A DNA stretch of 63,953 nucleotides, the filler included, from Olpidium bornovanus S191 (Eukaryota > Fungi > Olpidiomycota), in NCBI GenBank assembly GCA_017911155.1. It is 28 parts of 28 records of this genome, joined end to end, with 100 filler letters (N's around TTAATTAATTAA, not from the genome) between each part and the next. Parts side by side here need not be neighbours in the genome. Positions count along the whole stretch, not along the records: positions 34,925 to 36,233 come from JAEFCI010008123.1; positions 36,334 to 38,592 come from JAEFCI010011064.1; positions 38,693 to 41,170 come from JAEFCI010011007.1; positions 41,271 to 42,508 come from JAEFCI010001984.1; positions 42,609 to 46,776 come from JAEFCI010006907.1; positions 46,877 to 48,674 come from JAEFCI010000995.1; 22 more parts are not named here. One strand, 5' to 3'. The notes beneath the pieces are model-generated. The model had not been told where the DNA came from, searched no databases, and was given only the letters and a program-made list of their open reading frames with translations. This document shows, in pieces, positions 35,217 through 48,672 of the stretch. The number at the start of each line of letters is the position of its first letter. Position 1 is the first letter of the stretch. A program made the position numbers and the translations under genes.

Positions 35217-36587
35217 TACCACCCCACGCGTACGTAGGAGGTCGTTGCGGTGGTTATATCAAGCGGGAGTCGAATAACGGGCGGGCCCGGGAGACAAAAA
35301 ACAAAAAAAAAGCGGAAAAGACAGCGCGAGGTGGCTCGCGGCATTGCCGTGCCCTGTAAAACCCGGGTCGGGGGGGGGGGTTTTTTTTTTTCCCCCCTCC
35401 CCCGCGCTTTTTACAGGGCGCGCGGAGAAATTTACGGGTTTCAAGGCGGTCCCGCGAAGTTTTGCGTTCCGTGCTTTTTTCCGCCGAACGCAGCCGGCCC
35501 CACCCTCTTTCTTTTTTTTTTTTTTTTTTTTTTTGTTTTTGTCCGTTGTGGTGTCTTCGCGTCCCTTTCTCTTGCGAGGGCGGGTTTCTCTCGCGCGCCC
35601 GTGAAGGGTTCAAAAGAAACCACCCTCACACGCCCGAGCTAGCTAAAAAGTTTCCGCCTGCCATAAAAAAAAAAAAAAAAAAAAAAAGGCGTTGCCCCGG
35701 GATGCTCCACACCGCGCCGTGTTGACCTCGGCGGCAAATTGAAGGGGTCGAGGCGCGGGCGTTTTCGGCAAGCGGGCGGGGTGGGAGGGGGTGGGGGCCG
35801 GGGAATGAGGGGGACCTCAGCCCTGTGTCCCGTCCCACACACCCCTCCTCTCCCCGCCAACGCTCGGCAATCCGGGACAAGAAGCCGCGGGTGGGTGCCC
35901 CCAAAACTTCGGCTGTTTTCCTTTTTTTTTTTTTTTTTTTTTTTTTTACCTTTTTGAACCCAAAGCGTGAGCAGGGCAGACCGGCGCTGCGAAGCAGGAC
36001 GAAAATGGGGCGCCTGCAAGACATCTTCCTGGTAGCCCCCGCCGCCGCCCTCCGTGAGAGACGATCACAATCCGGCTGTTCCGGCCTTTCGTCTCCCCGA
36101 TTCGGCAAGGCGGGGTGGGGGGAGGAGGCCTGACTTTTCGGGCAAGGTGGGGAGGGTTGGGTCGCCTTAGAGCTGGCCGTTGGACGATTTGGCCGGAGGA
36201 CCGGTCGCCAAGGCGAGCAAAACAGGTCATGACNNNNNNNNNNNNNNNNNNNNNNNNNNNNNNNNNNNNNNNNNNNNTTAATTAATTAANNNNNNNNNNN
36301 NNNNNNNNNNNNNNNNNNNNNNNNNNNNNNNNNCATGCGCAAATCATATCGCTACGACGACTGATATGGAGATTACTGCGTCAAAAAAACAACACCTGAA
36401 GCGCAGACAATTCGAAAAGCAACGCGATCTATCCTATCAGCAGGCAGGCAGCACAAGAAAAATTGGCGCGCAAAGAAGAATTGGGGGCAAAAGAACGGAC
36501 ACGCAAGGCGTTCGCACGGCGTTGCGGCAAAGCCTGATTGTTTGAATCCGAACCCCTCAAGCGATCCCGACCCTCCCCGGCGCCGAC

Positions 36588-36668
36588 CTTTAAGCCCGCT
36601 GGAGCAGACCTTGTTCACCGTGGTGGCCTCGGTGCTTTCGGGGCAACCTGGTTGAACCGGGCCAAAAG

Positions 36669-36702
<34 letters not shown>

Positions 36703-37529
36703 AAAAAGCAACGCGATGAATTTTTTTGTCAGCTTCTTTGTTTCGCGCCGCTCATAGCCTTTCCGGCTTCTTCGCCCTCTGTCGCACACAGGCGGTCCCT
36801 ATTACCGGCGCCGAGAGCTGCTTGCCGGGCAGGCGCCTGACCGAGGTTGGCCTGCAAGACGTTCCCCATGTACACTTCTTCAATCTGGTCGGGCTTCAGC
36901 CGCGCCTTCGTGATCGCCCCTCTGATGGCCACGGCGCCGAGCTCCACGGCTGGCACCTTGGACAGGGCGCCACCGAAGCACCCGACGGGGGTGCGCGCGG
37001 CGCTGACGATAACGACCTCCTGCATCGCAAGCGGACGCGCGGGCGTGAGGACGGAGACAAGTGAGCTAGTTGATGTGGGGTGCAGAGGAGCCTGAAATGA
37101 CAAGAGCGGCCGCGAGCTTGCTGTCGAAAGGGGAGCGGCCATTGCTCTGCGAGTCAAGCGGCGCGCCTCCAAGAGAAATCGAGGAAAGAACAGGCCTTAC
37201 GTTGACTCCGCTCGCAGTGGCGTAAGAGCGGAGTAACTGAAACGCGGGCGAAACCGGCAGGCCAAGCCAGAAGCACGGGCAAGGGGAAATAGCCCATCAG
37301 TGTCACGCCCCGAGCTCAAAATCCCGCGGAAGCGCCGTTAAAAGGGCGGGTGGCTGGGAGGAGGGGTCGGTGAGTGTGGGAGTCGGGCGGTCCACTCGGG
37401 GACGGAGCCCGGCTTCCCGCACACCTGGGCAATCATCTTCCGTCCTCCGGGCGCGGCGGCGGCGGCGGCGGAGGGCCTCGCGGCACGCGCCGCGTCGGCG
37501 GCAAGAAGCGCTCGGGAACGCGAAAGCAT
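36588..37529 (-). CDS. Mitochondrial acetyl-CoA acetyltransferase (thiolase II), 5' part
   Basis: Exons about 37529-37425, 37236-37201 ([12 protein letters not shown], presequence cleavage-like RSYA), 37019-36806 and 36647-36588. Motifs [39 protein letters not shown] and [12 protein letters not shown] (catalytic Cys). ERG10/ACAT1 family. Confidence 0.95.
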
Positions 37530-37659
37530 GGCGTCTGGTTCTTCTTCTTTTCTTTCTTCGTTCTCGCGACGGCGGGAGACACGCGCTCTCTCCAAATTTT
37601 CGCCGAACAGTGAAAATGCAAATGGGGGGAAGGGCTTCCTCCAAGGCCGCTAAGAAAAG

Positions 37660-37709
<50 letters not shown>

Positions 37710-38692
37710 TTTGACGCCCGCAACACCCCCGCCCTGCCTTTTTTTTTTTTCACATCCCTCCCCGGAGGGCCCGCACGCGAAATAAAAAGAGAAACATAAA
37801 ATTGACGTCCACGCCGCTTGGAATCTCCCGGTGTGGTCAACCCGCGCTTTTCCCGCTTCCGGCAACTTTCCGCGAGGCGCTTTGGCGGAGTGCCCCCCGC
37901 TGCAATCTCGAAACCCAAATCCCCAGTCCACAGCACCGGTTCCCCCAAAGTTCGCCGTGCACCTCGTGTCGCTCCCCACAATAGCCCGACCACGCCGCTC
38001 TACACCCGTAGGCGAGCCGCCCACATTTGACAGTAGGAATTTTGCCTCGGTGCAATCGTACTTTTGGACTTGTTTGATTTTTTTTCTTCCCCCTTGGTCG
38101 TCCTTACCCCCCGGTCCGTGGCTTCACATTCCATAAAACGTTCCGTTTTACTTTTCCCTAATTCTAAGCTGGGCTCACATCCACCGCAGTCACCGGTATC
38201 TGTTGGCGCTTAGACAAAGCTGGTCGGCCGTATGCGGTTCCTTGTCCATTGCGCCGTGGCACGTAAAATCCCGGTTGCCGGGAACAACTTTCAGAAACCA
38301 ACAAAGCGTGTGCCTTCCCGGGAACCACGTTTTTTGAAGCGGTTCCGACGCGACACATCGCACCGGTTTCCGTTTCGGCCAATCGCGCGACTAGTTAAAT
38401 CTGCCTCACGCTGCCTGTCACCGCCGCTCCGCGCCGTGTTCCTCCCAGCTGCCGCCTGCTGTCACTCGTCCCATGCGCGTTACGTACAAAAGCCCGTTGC
38501 CGGCGTTTCGCTGATCCCGCGGTTTCCCTCAATCTAAGCACCTCAGGTTTTGCGTTGCACCCAACGCGCAAATGGCAAGACAACCGGTTCGCNNNNNNNN
38601 NNNNNNNNNNNNNNNNNNNNNNNNNNNNNNNNNNNNTTAATTAATTAANNNNNNNNNNNNNNNNNNNNNNNNNNNNNNNNNNNNNNNNNNNN

Positions 38693-39871
38693 CCCGCCGT
38701 CAATCCGATGATCGGCCCGACTAATATGGTCTGCCGGTTGCGGCGGATGCCTTTGCGCTTTTGCGAGAAAGAGCGCGCTTCTGACAATCATCCTCATCCC
38801 AGGTGTTGATCAGAATGGGCGCCCGGTTCGCACCGTGCATGCGACCGTTCGCCAAGTACAGCAGCACAGCACGCTTCCTGTGCGCCTCGACGGCGAAAAA
38901 ATCGTGCTCTCTCGAAGAGATCTGCAGCCTCGGCGGCTTCAGCGGCGGAACACCAAACCAGTGGTTCAGGTTTATCATTCCAATCTTTCTGCACGGCGGT
39001 GTTGTGCACCTGCTCCTCAATCTGCTGTTCCAGGTAGGTGCAGGGAGGCGAATTGAAGAAGACATGGGTTCCATGAGATATTTCCTTCTCTACATGATCA
39101 GCGGCTTGGTCGGCAACGTGCTTGGAGCGAACTTCGCACCAACTAATCAACGTGGGTGATCTTGAAGAGTTGGATGTTGAAATGAACTGTAGGCAATACA
39201 GAGAGCCTTCCTGATATGTTTCAGTGCATAGAATCAACTGGGGCTTCCGGGGCGTTGTTCGGACTTGTTGGTAGGAAGTCCAACCCATTCCTCCTCTCGC
39301 CGTGATTCGTTTCCTGACTCACATGCGGTGGTCCTCCCAATTTCTACAGGATGCCTTTTGGTACGCAAACTGGTCCTCGTCCACCCTGTCTCCTTCGATT
39401 GATGCTTTCGCGAGGAATAGGGTTGGACGTTCACAGGGAAGGCGGAGACCACCGGCCGGAAGTGCGTTAGGCGCCATCAGAAGCGGCTGTGATCAAAGCA
39501 CGTACTGAAGCCCAGCCTCGTTTGTTGCCAGCTCGACCTATTGCACAACTGGAAACTCATTGAAAACCCTCGAAGGGAGCTTACCAAGATGCTGCTCATG
39601 ATTGCCTTTTCGTTTGCCATGGGCCTTCTCCCGGGCTTCGACAACTTCGCGCACATAGGAGGATTTCTGGGGGGGTTTATCGGAAGTTTTTTGCTCCTCC
39701 CGCGCATCAACTTTGGAAAATGGGACCGCCGTCTCAAATTCGCGGCCATGCTCATTGCGGTGCCGATCCTAGTCACCCTGTTCGCGCTGTTGTTGGCGAA
39801 TTTCTACGGGACGATCTTCCCGGCCGACTCTTGCCGCTGGTGCAGATACTTGAGTTGCTTGCCAGTGGCAG
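38693..39871 (+). CDS. Rhomboid-family intramembrane protease, internal exons
   Basis: NPMIGP|..MGARFAPCM; PNQWFRFIIPIFLHGGVVHL; GASG (catalytic Ser); DNFAHIGG (catalytic His); CRWCRYLSCLP. Confidence 0.92.
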
Positions 39872-41032
39872 GTGAGCTACCATTGAATTTTGTTGCCGTT
39901 CGGCGGACTCGCGGCGCGCACTCAGCGAGGGACATCGGCGAATATGCGAATCGCACTGACAAGTTTCTGAGATAATAGGGTGGTGCGAAGCGTTTGATGC
40001 CTGAACGCGCAGCGTCCTGAGACCCACTGCTGCCGACTCCTGCTTTCTTGGATCTACGATGTCGTCCGCTCGGCTTCCTTGGGGCTTCGTTCTGGACACC
40101 AGATTTTTTGTGATCTCTTGCTCTACAAAGAAAAAATATTCTCGTTTTGTATTGCATTTTTTTTTAGCGTCATCAAAGACCCGCCCCCTTCGAATTGACG
40201 GAAGTCAAATTCAGGATCGCTGTCAGGTTTTACGAGGCTGCGCCGGGTGTGTATGTATGTGTTTGTGTGCGTGTGTGTGTGTGTGTGTGTGCGTGTGTGC
40301 GCGCACGTGTCTGGCAAATCTAGCACTCGGGAGGGCAGGGCCGGATAGTAGAGCGGATTGAGAAGAGCGCTCCACCGAAACTCGGCAGCACAACTTTACC
40401 TTTTTTGCAAATGGGGCCTAGATCTCGCGCAAGAATTTTGTTTTCTTTTTTTTTTGCACAACTGTTTGCTGAAAGAGGTTCGCGGTGCGCGGTCGCGGGG
40501 GGTTTTCATTGCGGTTTTATTTTTTTTTTCCTTTTTTTAGTTTGTTTTCTCGTTCCACGACCCTGGGGAGGCGGCGCGGACGAGGAAAGAACAGAAACAA
40601 ACTAAAAAAAATACTGGAAATCCTTTTTTTTTTTACTATGTTTCGTTTGTTTTCTTGAAAGGGCCAGAGAGGGCCGGGGGCCCCGGCCGGGCTGGACTCG
40701 CGCGTTTTTCTGGAATTCGGGCCGCTCAACCCGGCACCCCCCCCCCCCCCCCGCCCCCCCCCCCCCCCTCCTCCCCAAAAAAACCCCCCTCTCGCCCGTC
40801 CTTTTTCCCTCTTTCCGCCCCGCCCTCGGCCGGCTCTCGTCCACGCGTCGCGCGCCTTTCTTCGCCCGCCCTCCTCCCACACACACTTCCCCTTTCCCCC
40901 TTTCCCTCTCTTCCCCCCCGCCCCCCCCTCCCCGCGCGTTCCCGTCCCTTTCCCATCCCGCACGCGCGCCGCGCGCTCTCCCTCTCGCACCCGCAACCCC
41001 CGCCCCTTCGCCGGTCCCCGGAAACTGCGAAG

Positions 41033-41104
<72 letters not shown>

Positions 41105-41270
41105 AAAAAAAAAAAAGGGGGAAAGGGGGGGGGGGGGGGGGGGGGGGGGGAAGAGGAAGAGGAAGGGGGANNNNNNNNNNNNNNNNNNNNNNNNNNNNNN
41201 NNNNNNNNNNNNNNTTAATTAATTAANNNNNNNNNNNNNNNNNNNNNNNNNNNNNNNNNNNNNNNNNNNN

Positions 41271-42490
41271 CCGAGTAGTGCCCCCGCCGGCATCGAAACT
41301 CGCCGACAACCTGATGATGCTGGAAGATTTCTCCTTTCCAAGCGCGGAGAACGCCACGCCGACAGCGTCGGAGGACGCTGCCGCGGGTGCTGTGGGCATG
41401 AGACCCTCGGCGTCCGACAGCTCGCTGGACGACGCGGTGCGCGAAAACGATGCTGGTCACGCACGAAGTGTGTCTCCGTTCGCGCCCCTGGCCCACTTAC
41501 TTATTGTGCCTGTATTTGCTGCAGAGTGCGGCAATAGCGCCTGCACGCCTGCAGGAAATGCAGCTGGCGCCGGCGGACGAAGCCGAGCTTCTGCGGCTGC
41601 GGCGGAGACCGAACCTGTCGGCGCGAAAGTCTGAAGACCTGGGACACGAGTTGGACAGCGAGCAGGAGCGGTGGAGGCGGGAAGCTTTGGCGTTCATCCG
41701 AAAGTGAGGATTTCTGTTCTGAAACGCCGGCCGTTTTGACGTCTTTGCGACAGTGCTCCATATGACTTTTTGGACTGCTTAATGCTCCCAGACCAACACC
41801 GCAGGGCCGGCGGGTACAATGCCGGATCATTCGCTTCAAGGACGGAGGAGTGGATTCATTGTTTCCGCAGTACGATCTCTACTACGACGAAGACGATGAC
41901 CGGCGATTCGTCCGGCGGTTCGTCATGACGGCGAAGAAGATCAAGAAAGGCCGTAGCTCCCTGTACTGGATATCAATTTCATCGGAGAGGACGAAAGAGC
42001 ACGTCGTTGCGAAGCTAAAGTAGCGGCCGGCGGGGGTTCTTGGCGTGCCGGAGACGTCGCATTTTCTAAACTGCAATGCTGTATTTGCGGATCAGATCAA
42101 ATTTTTTGGGCACGCGGTTCGTGGCGTATGACATGGGGCGAAGTCCGCAAAAGAGCCACGGTAAGCATACGCATATAGCATTGCGAGAAGAGCTAGTCTC
42201 CGTGATGTATGTACGTATATCTTTCGCCTTCCCCTTTATTGACTGGGGGGACGGCAGCATGATCTTAACGCTCCGGCGACCGATATCTGCTTCGACAGGA
42301 TCCCAACGTCCTGGGGTTCAAGGGCCCGCGGAAGATGACTGTACTGCTGCCGGCCGTTGACCGCGAAACTGGCATGCCCGTGAAGTGCATGCCGACCTCG
42401 GTAAAGGACACCGTAGTGGAGCGTGGTTTGAGAGGGGACCGGGAGATCCTGGTGTTGCACAATAAGTATCCGCAATGGAACGAAGGTGGG
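41271..42490 (+). CDS. Tubby-domain (TULP) protein, internal exons
   Basis: KPTPQGRRVQCRIIR; FVMTAKKIKKGRSSLYWIS; VAKLKSNFLGTRFVAYD; REELVSVMY; NVLGFKGPRKMTV; VLHNKYPQWN. These correspond to Tubby motifs (GKLRSNLLGTKF, NVLGFKGPRKMSV, LQNKTPVWN). Confidence 0.92.
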
Positions 42491-42608
42491 GGATTCGTTT
42501 TTTCGCGGNNNNNNNNNNNNNNNNNNNNNNNNNNNNNNNNNNNNNNNNNNNNTTAATTAATTAANNNNNNNNNNNNNNNNNNNNNNNNNNNNNNNNNNNN
42601 NNNNNNNN

Positions 42609-45600
42609 CTCGGCAATGAGGTCGCGAACGTCCCCAAACACCGGTTCCCAGGTTTCAAAATCCCTCCACAAGACTTCGGAGCCCGGAGTGGCGTCCCCCA
42701 GGACGATCCTGGTAGAAGTGGCGACCATGCCGCAGGCCCGGGCGATGTGGACGCCAGTCAGGGTATTATCGCCAGTGATCATGACGGGGCGGCAATCGCC
42801 CGCAGTAAGGTCCGCGATGGCTTCCTTTGTGTCGTGCTTGAGCTTGTTGCGGAACAGGATGAGGCCACACAGCCTTACCTTGGTCTCGAACTCCTCGCGG
42901 GTCCAGCTCCTCACAACGGCTGGGTCGATGGCGCCAAGCTCCCTGTGCGCAAGGGCAAGCACGTAGCAACCTTCCTTGGCATGCTGAGATGCCACGCGGT
43001 CGTAATCTTGGGGAACGGACTCCGGGTCGGCGTACCCTCGCACATTTTCGAAACTGCCCTTGACGAAAATGTGGACGTGGCCGTTGGCAGTATCCAGCAC
43101 CGCCACGGACATAGACATGCGCACGTGCACGAACTCGAACCTCTTGATGACTTCATACGGCGGCGGGGGAGCTTGTTCTGGTCCGGCCGGCGTGCTTGGC
43201 GTCACGACGTCAAGCACACCCGCCCCTGTCGCCGCCTCAATAGTGCAGCCGGTACCACGGAACATCTCGATGTCCACCGGGTTTCCGATGAGTTCGCCAT
43301 TGACTTTGCCGACGGCGTGGCACGTGGAGAGACCCATCTTGACGGTATCTGAGACGTCGCCGAACTTCTCCAGGGGCTGCCCAAAAGCGGGCGTGGCCCC
43401 CGCTGCGATTTCGACCGGCCGGAAAGCCTCCCATTCCAGACCGTTACGAGTTAGCGTTCCCGTCTTGTCGAAGCAGAAGATGCGGCATTTACCGGCAATG
43501 ATTATACGAGGAAGGTCAATGCAAAAAATTCCCTTGGTTCTGAGGCGGGGTGCGGCGACGGACTGCCCAACAACCAACGCCGCCGGGATCAGGGGAGACA
43601 GCACTTGCGAGATAACGAACAGGCCGTAGAACCACGCGGTGATGGCGGAACCCTCGGACAAACCCATGAGCCAGATCGAAAGCCCCATTGCTATGCAGCC
43701 CCAGGCAAGAAGAATGGCGATGACGACCTTGAGATGTTCGTTGAAAATGAACGACACCGGCGCCGGAAACAGGATATGGTGTATTAGTCGTCCCTTGTCC
43801 GAGGCAGTGCCAGTCCCGAGGACCAGGGCTGTGACCTTTTCGACCCCTTCGGCGGGCAACACTTGCAAGACCTTGGAGCCGTCAAAGAGAGTGTGGAGCT
43901 TTCCGGACGTGGATTTCTCGTACGCGACCTCCTCGTTCTTGAGTGGGAACTTCCGCACCGGCAGGGCCTCCCCAGTGAGGTTGCTCTCGTCGCAAACGAC
44001 GGTTCCAGACAGCACGGCGGCATCGCAAGGCATCAAAGCCTTATTTTCTACTTCGAAAATATCTCCGGGCACGAGCGACGTGCTGCTGGCCATTGACCAC
44101 AGGCCGTTTCGGAAAACATTGACTTCCGTAGAGAACTCCGCCATCTCCTTCACTCTTTGCTCAGAGCGCAAGCGCAGAATGACTTTGATAACGGCGGAGA
44201 TGAGGATCACGCACGTTTGGACCAAACCCATATTAAAATATGCTGGAAAAACAAGTCAAGTCAGTCGAGTATCAAGGGAACAGAGGCCGAGGACCACCGC
44301 GAGGAAAATGGTAGCCTCACCAAAGTAATACCAAACCCACAGGCACATGAGCTGGTACAGGTAAAACGGGGAGCTGAACTCCTGCGCCATGGCCCTCCAG
44401 AAGCTGCCAACCTCGACAGAAATGAAATTGGGGCCGAGTAACTCGTACCGGATTTGGTGTTCCGCGGTGTCAAGGCCGTCCTTTTGGGCGAGGACCTCCG
44501 CCTGCGTTGAACCAAGGTCGAACTGGTACGGGTCGAAGCGTTCCGAATTCTCGTCATACACGTAGCGCGTGCACTGGAACTCGACGAATCTCCTTTTCTG
44601 GTTAGTGAACTGGATCGGTACCGTAGAGTAATTACAATAGCTCCCGGTAAGACTGGCAACGAGGGCCTCCGCTTTGCTGAGCAAGGTGAGGAGCTTTCCT
44701 CCGTCGTTGAGAAGGATCACCGGGTCCTTCTTCTTGCACACCTGGACGAAGCGGCCCTCGGTTGGCAAAACTTGCAGGCGGAAGAAATTGCGGATGCGCG
44801 GCCCCGCGAAGAGCAAAGCCAAAAGCCAAAACAATGTCACATGCCACACAGCAACGAAATTGATGCTGTGGGGCACCGTCGAGCCGAGGCCGAGGAGGCC
44901 TGCAAGGCCGCATAGGTGTTAGCGACTGCCGTTGCGAAAATTGTGCTCTGCTAAAACAACGCGCCGTCAACATACCCATCGAATACATCGAGCCGTCTGG
45001 CATAGATAGAAGGATGCCGTAATAATCCAAAACAAGCAAAAGAAGGACAAACTGAAGAAGAACGGCGAAGAGCACCACGGTGGTGAGGACAAAGGTGCCG
45101 AACCGGGAATTGTTGTAGCCTTTGATGATAATGTTGTCTTCCGCGATAAGCGTGTCTGTTAGGTCGAGGACCGTGCTGCTGGCGTCGGCAGCTTTCTCAT
45201 CGAGCGCGCCATTACTCTCTCGCTCCGCAGCATCGGGCGTAAAAAACCGTGTAAGCGTTTTGTCACCATCACGGTCGTAGGCGGTCAGAGATGCACGCAG
45301 TCGCACGCTGCGCTCAAGGGTGGACTTGAACAAGGTCCAAAGCGCCACGAGAAGCAACACTGCACTGAGGATGCCGTAGGATACGAGAAACGCTGGTTCT
45401 GCGTAAGTGTACTTCGCTTCCTCCACGGGGCAGGTGACGAATCCCGCCGTGAGATTGGCGGTAGGGAGTTCCACCGAGTCGAGAGTAGCCGTTATGTTGC
45501 CATACTCCATTGAACAAAGTTGGTTGGTCGCTTCTGTCGCGTTTCCGGAGTCGAAAAAGGGAACGGTGACCGAGACCAGCACACAGGGCCGGAACTCCCA

Positions 45601-46021
45601 GAGTAGTGCAGCGGTGTCGGCGTTGCAAGTGCATGGATTTTCGAAATACGAAGGGCAGCTTTCAGCACACTTCCCATTGATGCCTTTAAGGAAAGAGAAA
45701 ACGGAAGTAGAAACGAGTTCAAAAAGGAAAGGTCAGAAAGGCAAGATTTTCTGAAAGCACAGCGTCACGCCGCCCTCCAAGAGCAGCAAACGCACACAGC
45801 GACTGTCCGTCCGGACACTTGTTGTACGGAGCCGGACAATCCGTTTGCGGGTTTCGCACGCAGAGCGGAGGGCACGATACACCGGCCTTTGGCGGCCTCG
45901 TGCACACGTTATGGTCCAGATCAAAGTCGTTCGGAGTGTTGAACTTGGGCAGCGCATCGGCCGGCGCAACCGACGCGGTCACCATCGCGGCCACCAGCGC
46001 GGCGGCCCGGAACGCGGCCAT
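42609..46021 (-). CDS. P5-type ATPase with an N-terminal signal peptide and Cys-rich domain, 3'-partial
   Basis: ATG 46021; about 4 exons. Motifs SLVPGD, DESNLTGE, CFDKTGTLT (phospho-Asp), GNPVDIEMF, VKGSFE, GCYVLALA, LFRNKLK and MITGDN give the P5 (Ypk9/ATP13A-like) signature. Confidence 0.93.
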
Positions 46022-47928
46022 CGCGGGGGGTCCTCGCTTTCCGCGAGAAACCAGGCGAGGGCGTCTGATATGGCGCGAACGCGCCGTGCTCGTGATCTTG
46101 GAGTCGGGCCGTTTAGGCGCAAGCGAGTTCGCGCGGGAACAAGAAAGGGAGGGAGGGGCGGGGGGGAGGATCCCTCCCTGCGCGCGCGGCCGCGCTTGAT
46201 CGCGTCAACGGGGCCTGAACGTGGCCGAAACCGCCGGCCGGCCGTTATCTCTTGTTGTTGGCCCGGAAGGGTGAGACGGCCAGACGGTCCAGCGGCTTCC
46301 CCGCGCGGGGTGAGCACGTGACTCGGCGCAAAACGCCCGTCCGCACAACGCCCCGAGGGTGCATTCAACACACCATGCCCGAGAGAGCAGCATGCCAGCA
46401 ACCAGAAAATAAAAAAGTACATTGTGCAACGACAGCGAACCACAATGGGCCCGTGGCCTGCAATAGTCCAGCATGAAAGTTGGCTATTTGCGAACTTACT
46501 GCACTTCGGTGAGCTCTGTTCGAGATAGCGCCAGGGGTACCTCTGGAATAAAGGGTGCCATAAATCACGTGCGTCATGTCGCGGCTTCCATTGTACCTTT
46601 TCTTTTTTGCAGCCACCGGCGTATTTCTTTTTTTTTCTTCTGACTCCCGGTGTGTCATGTGTCATATTTTTTTTTATTTGGTGACATCAAATGTCTCTGG
46701 ACTCCTGCAAAGCCTTGCAAGGCAAAGCTGGCGAGTGGCAGGAGTGTCATCCTGTCCTCGCCTCGATGCCACTGTANNNNNNNNNNNNNNNNNNNNNNNN
46801 NNNNNNNNNNNNNNNNNNNNTTAATTAATTAANNNNNNNNNNNNNNNNNNNNNNNNNNNNNNNNNNNNNNNNNNNNCCCCCCCCCCCCCCCCCCCCTCCC
46901 ATCCCCCCTGACCTGCAGAATTTCTACCCGAAACCAGACAAGGAAAATAAAAGGCAAAAAGAAACCGTTCCGGCGGTGGGAAGGTGGAGGGTGTGGGGTG
47001 GGATGAAGAAAGAGAAAGAGAGAGGAAGAAATGGAGATAGGTAGAAAACGAGAGAGAGACAGAGAGAAAGAGAGAGGGGGCAGGGTGAGAAGCGGGATCG
47101 GGGGGTTTTTCCTTTACCTCCCGAAATCTGAATCACTCGTGCCCCTCGTCAATTCTGCGGGAAGAAAAGGGCGACGTAGCGTAAACGGGCGGTTTTTTTT
47201 TTGTCCGGATTACAAGAAGACGAGAGGGATTGGCAACATAAAAGGCGCTCTGCTGGTGAGAGATTTCTTTTCTGTTTTCCCTTACTCCTTTCCCCCACCC
47301 CTCGGGGATTCCGACAGTGACAGGAGGGAAGAGGGGAGGAGGGAGGGGGGAGGAGGGACAGTGTGAGCCGACGCCCCGTTCCGAACCGACTACCTGCCGG
47401 TTTTTGGACAATCCCGACGCCGAGATTGACCAGGCTTCCCTGACGCTCGGGCCTGTCGTTTCCGCGCGCAAAGCGCGGGGGGAAAGGACGGGAAGTGGGC
47501 AAAACCCCTCAGCTTTTTTTCCGCGCGTGACGTGCGTGTTCGCCTGGCAGGATACGCAGAACAAGAATAAGCGCGGGGCGCGGGGAGGTCAGCGCCGACA
47601 TAATTTATCAGGTCCTCGGTAAAATTGGGTGGGTTGCTCCTCCTTCTCGTTGAAACAGAATTCCTAGCCCGTTGGCAAAGGCCTCGCCGAAAGTCCGCAA
47701 GGGGGGGCGGAGGGTGTAAAGTGGAGGATCGTCGATTTCCCCCAATATGCTCCCCTTCGCGCGAGGACCGGTTTCTTTCTTTTCTTTTGTTTTGTTTTTT
47801 TTTTTCGCCAGCGGAGAACAGGATTAAAAGAGAAGAAACCGGCAGCGGGATGCGGCCAAGAGAGGGGCGGCGGTGGCGGGGTGTTTAACACGCCGCCGGT
47901 TTTGGCCGAAAAGCGATACCGCAAAAAG

Positions 47929-47975
<47 letters not shown>

Positions 47976-48555
47976 AAAAGAATGAGGAATGGAAAACTTA
48001 AAAGGAGCAAAACGCCAGCGACGGCGGTGCCGGCAGGCGCGCGCGAGTCGGGGCGGCAGGTTGGTTTTTTCCGCACCTGCTCGCAAGCTGCAATATCGGG
48101 TTTCCAGCTTCCTTTTTTTGTTTTTCTTTTTCTGCCCGTTCGCGGTTTGGAGGATGGAGGTGGAGGTGGTGCGTTTCGCGCTGTTGGGTAAACAGAAAAA
48201 CCCCATTTGGAACGCGTTTTTCGGCGGGGCTCAGCTCAGGTTCGCTCCGCACCACGTGAAACTCCTTGTGATTTTTTTTTGAGACGCGGTTTTGAAAAGC
48301 CTCTTCTCCCTTCCCCCCCCCCCTCTTTCGTTGCCTAGCGACGTCGAAAAAGAGAAAAGCAGCTCGAAATTTAGAGCCACCCCCTCCCTTCCCTCCCCCC
48401 CCACATTTCCAAAGAAAAACGCGCCGTGGTCCGTTTGCTCTGCGGTCTTCAGGCAAAGAAAAAAAATCTTTCGAACGCGTCGGCCTTCTTCTTCTTCCCC
48501 CCCCCCCCCCCCCCCCCCCCCCCCGCCGCCTCCCCCCCCCCCCCCCCCCCCAAAC

Positions 48556-48672
<117 letters not shown>

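Noticed and set aside
20206-46536. 15-bp identity GAGATAGCGCCAGGG at 20206 and 46522
   Set aside because: One or a few 15-mer matches are expected by chance in 64 kb, and there is no flanking similarity.
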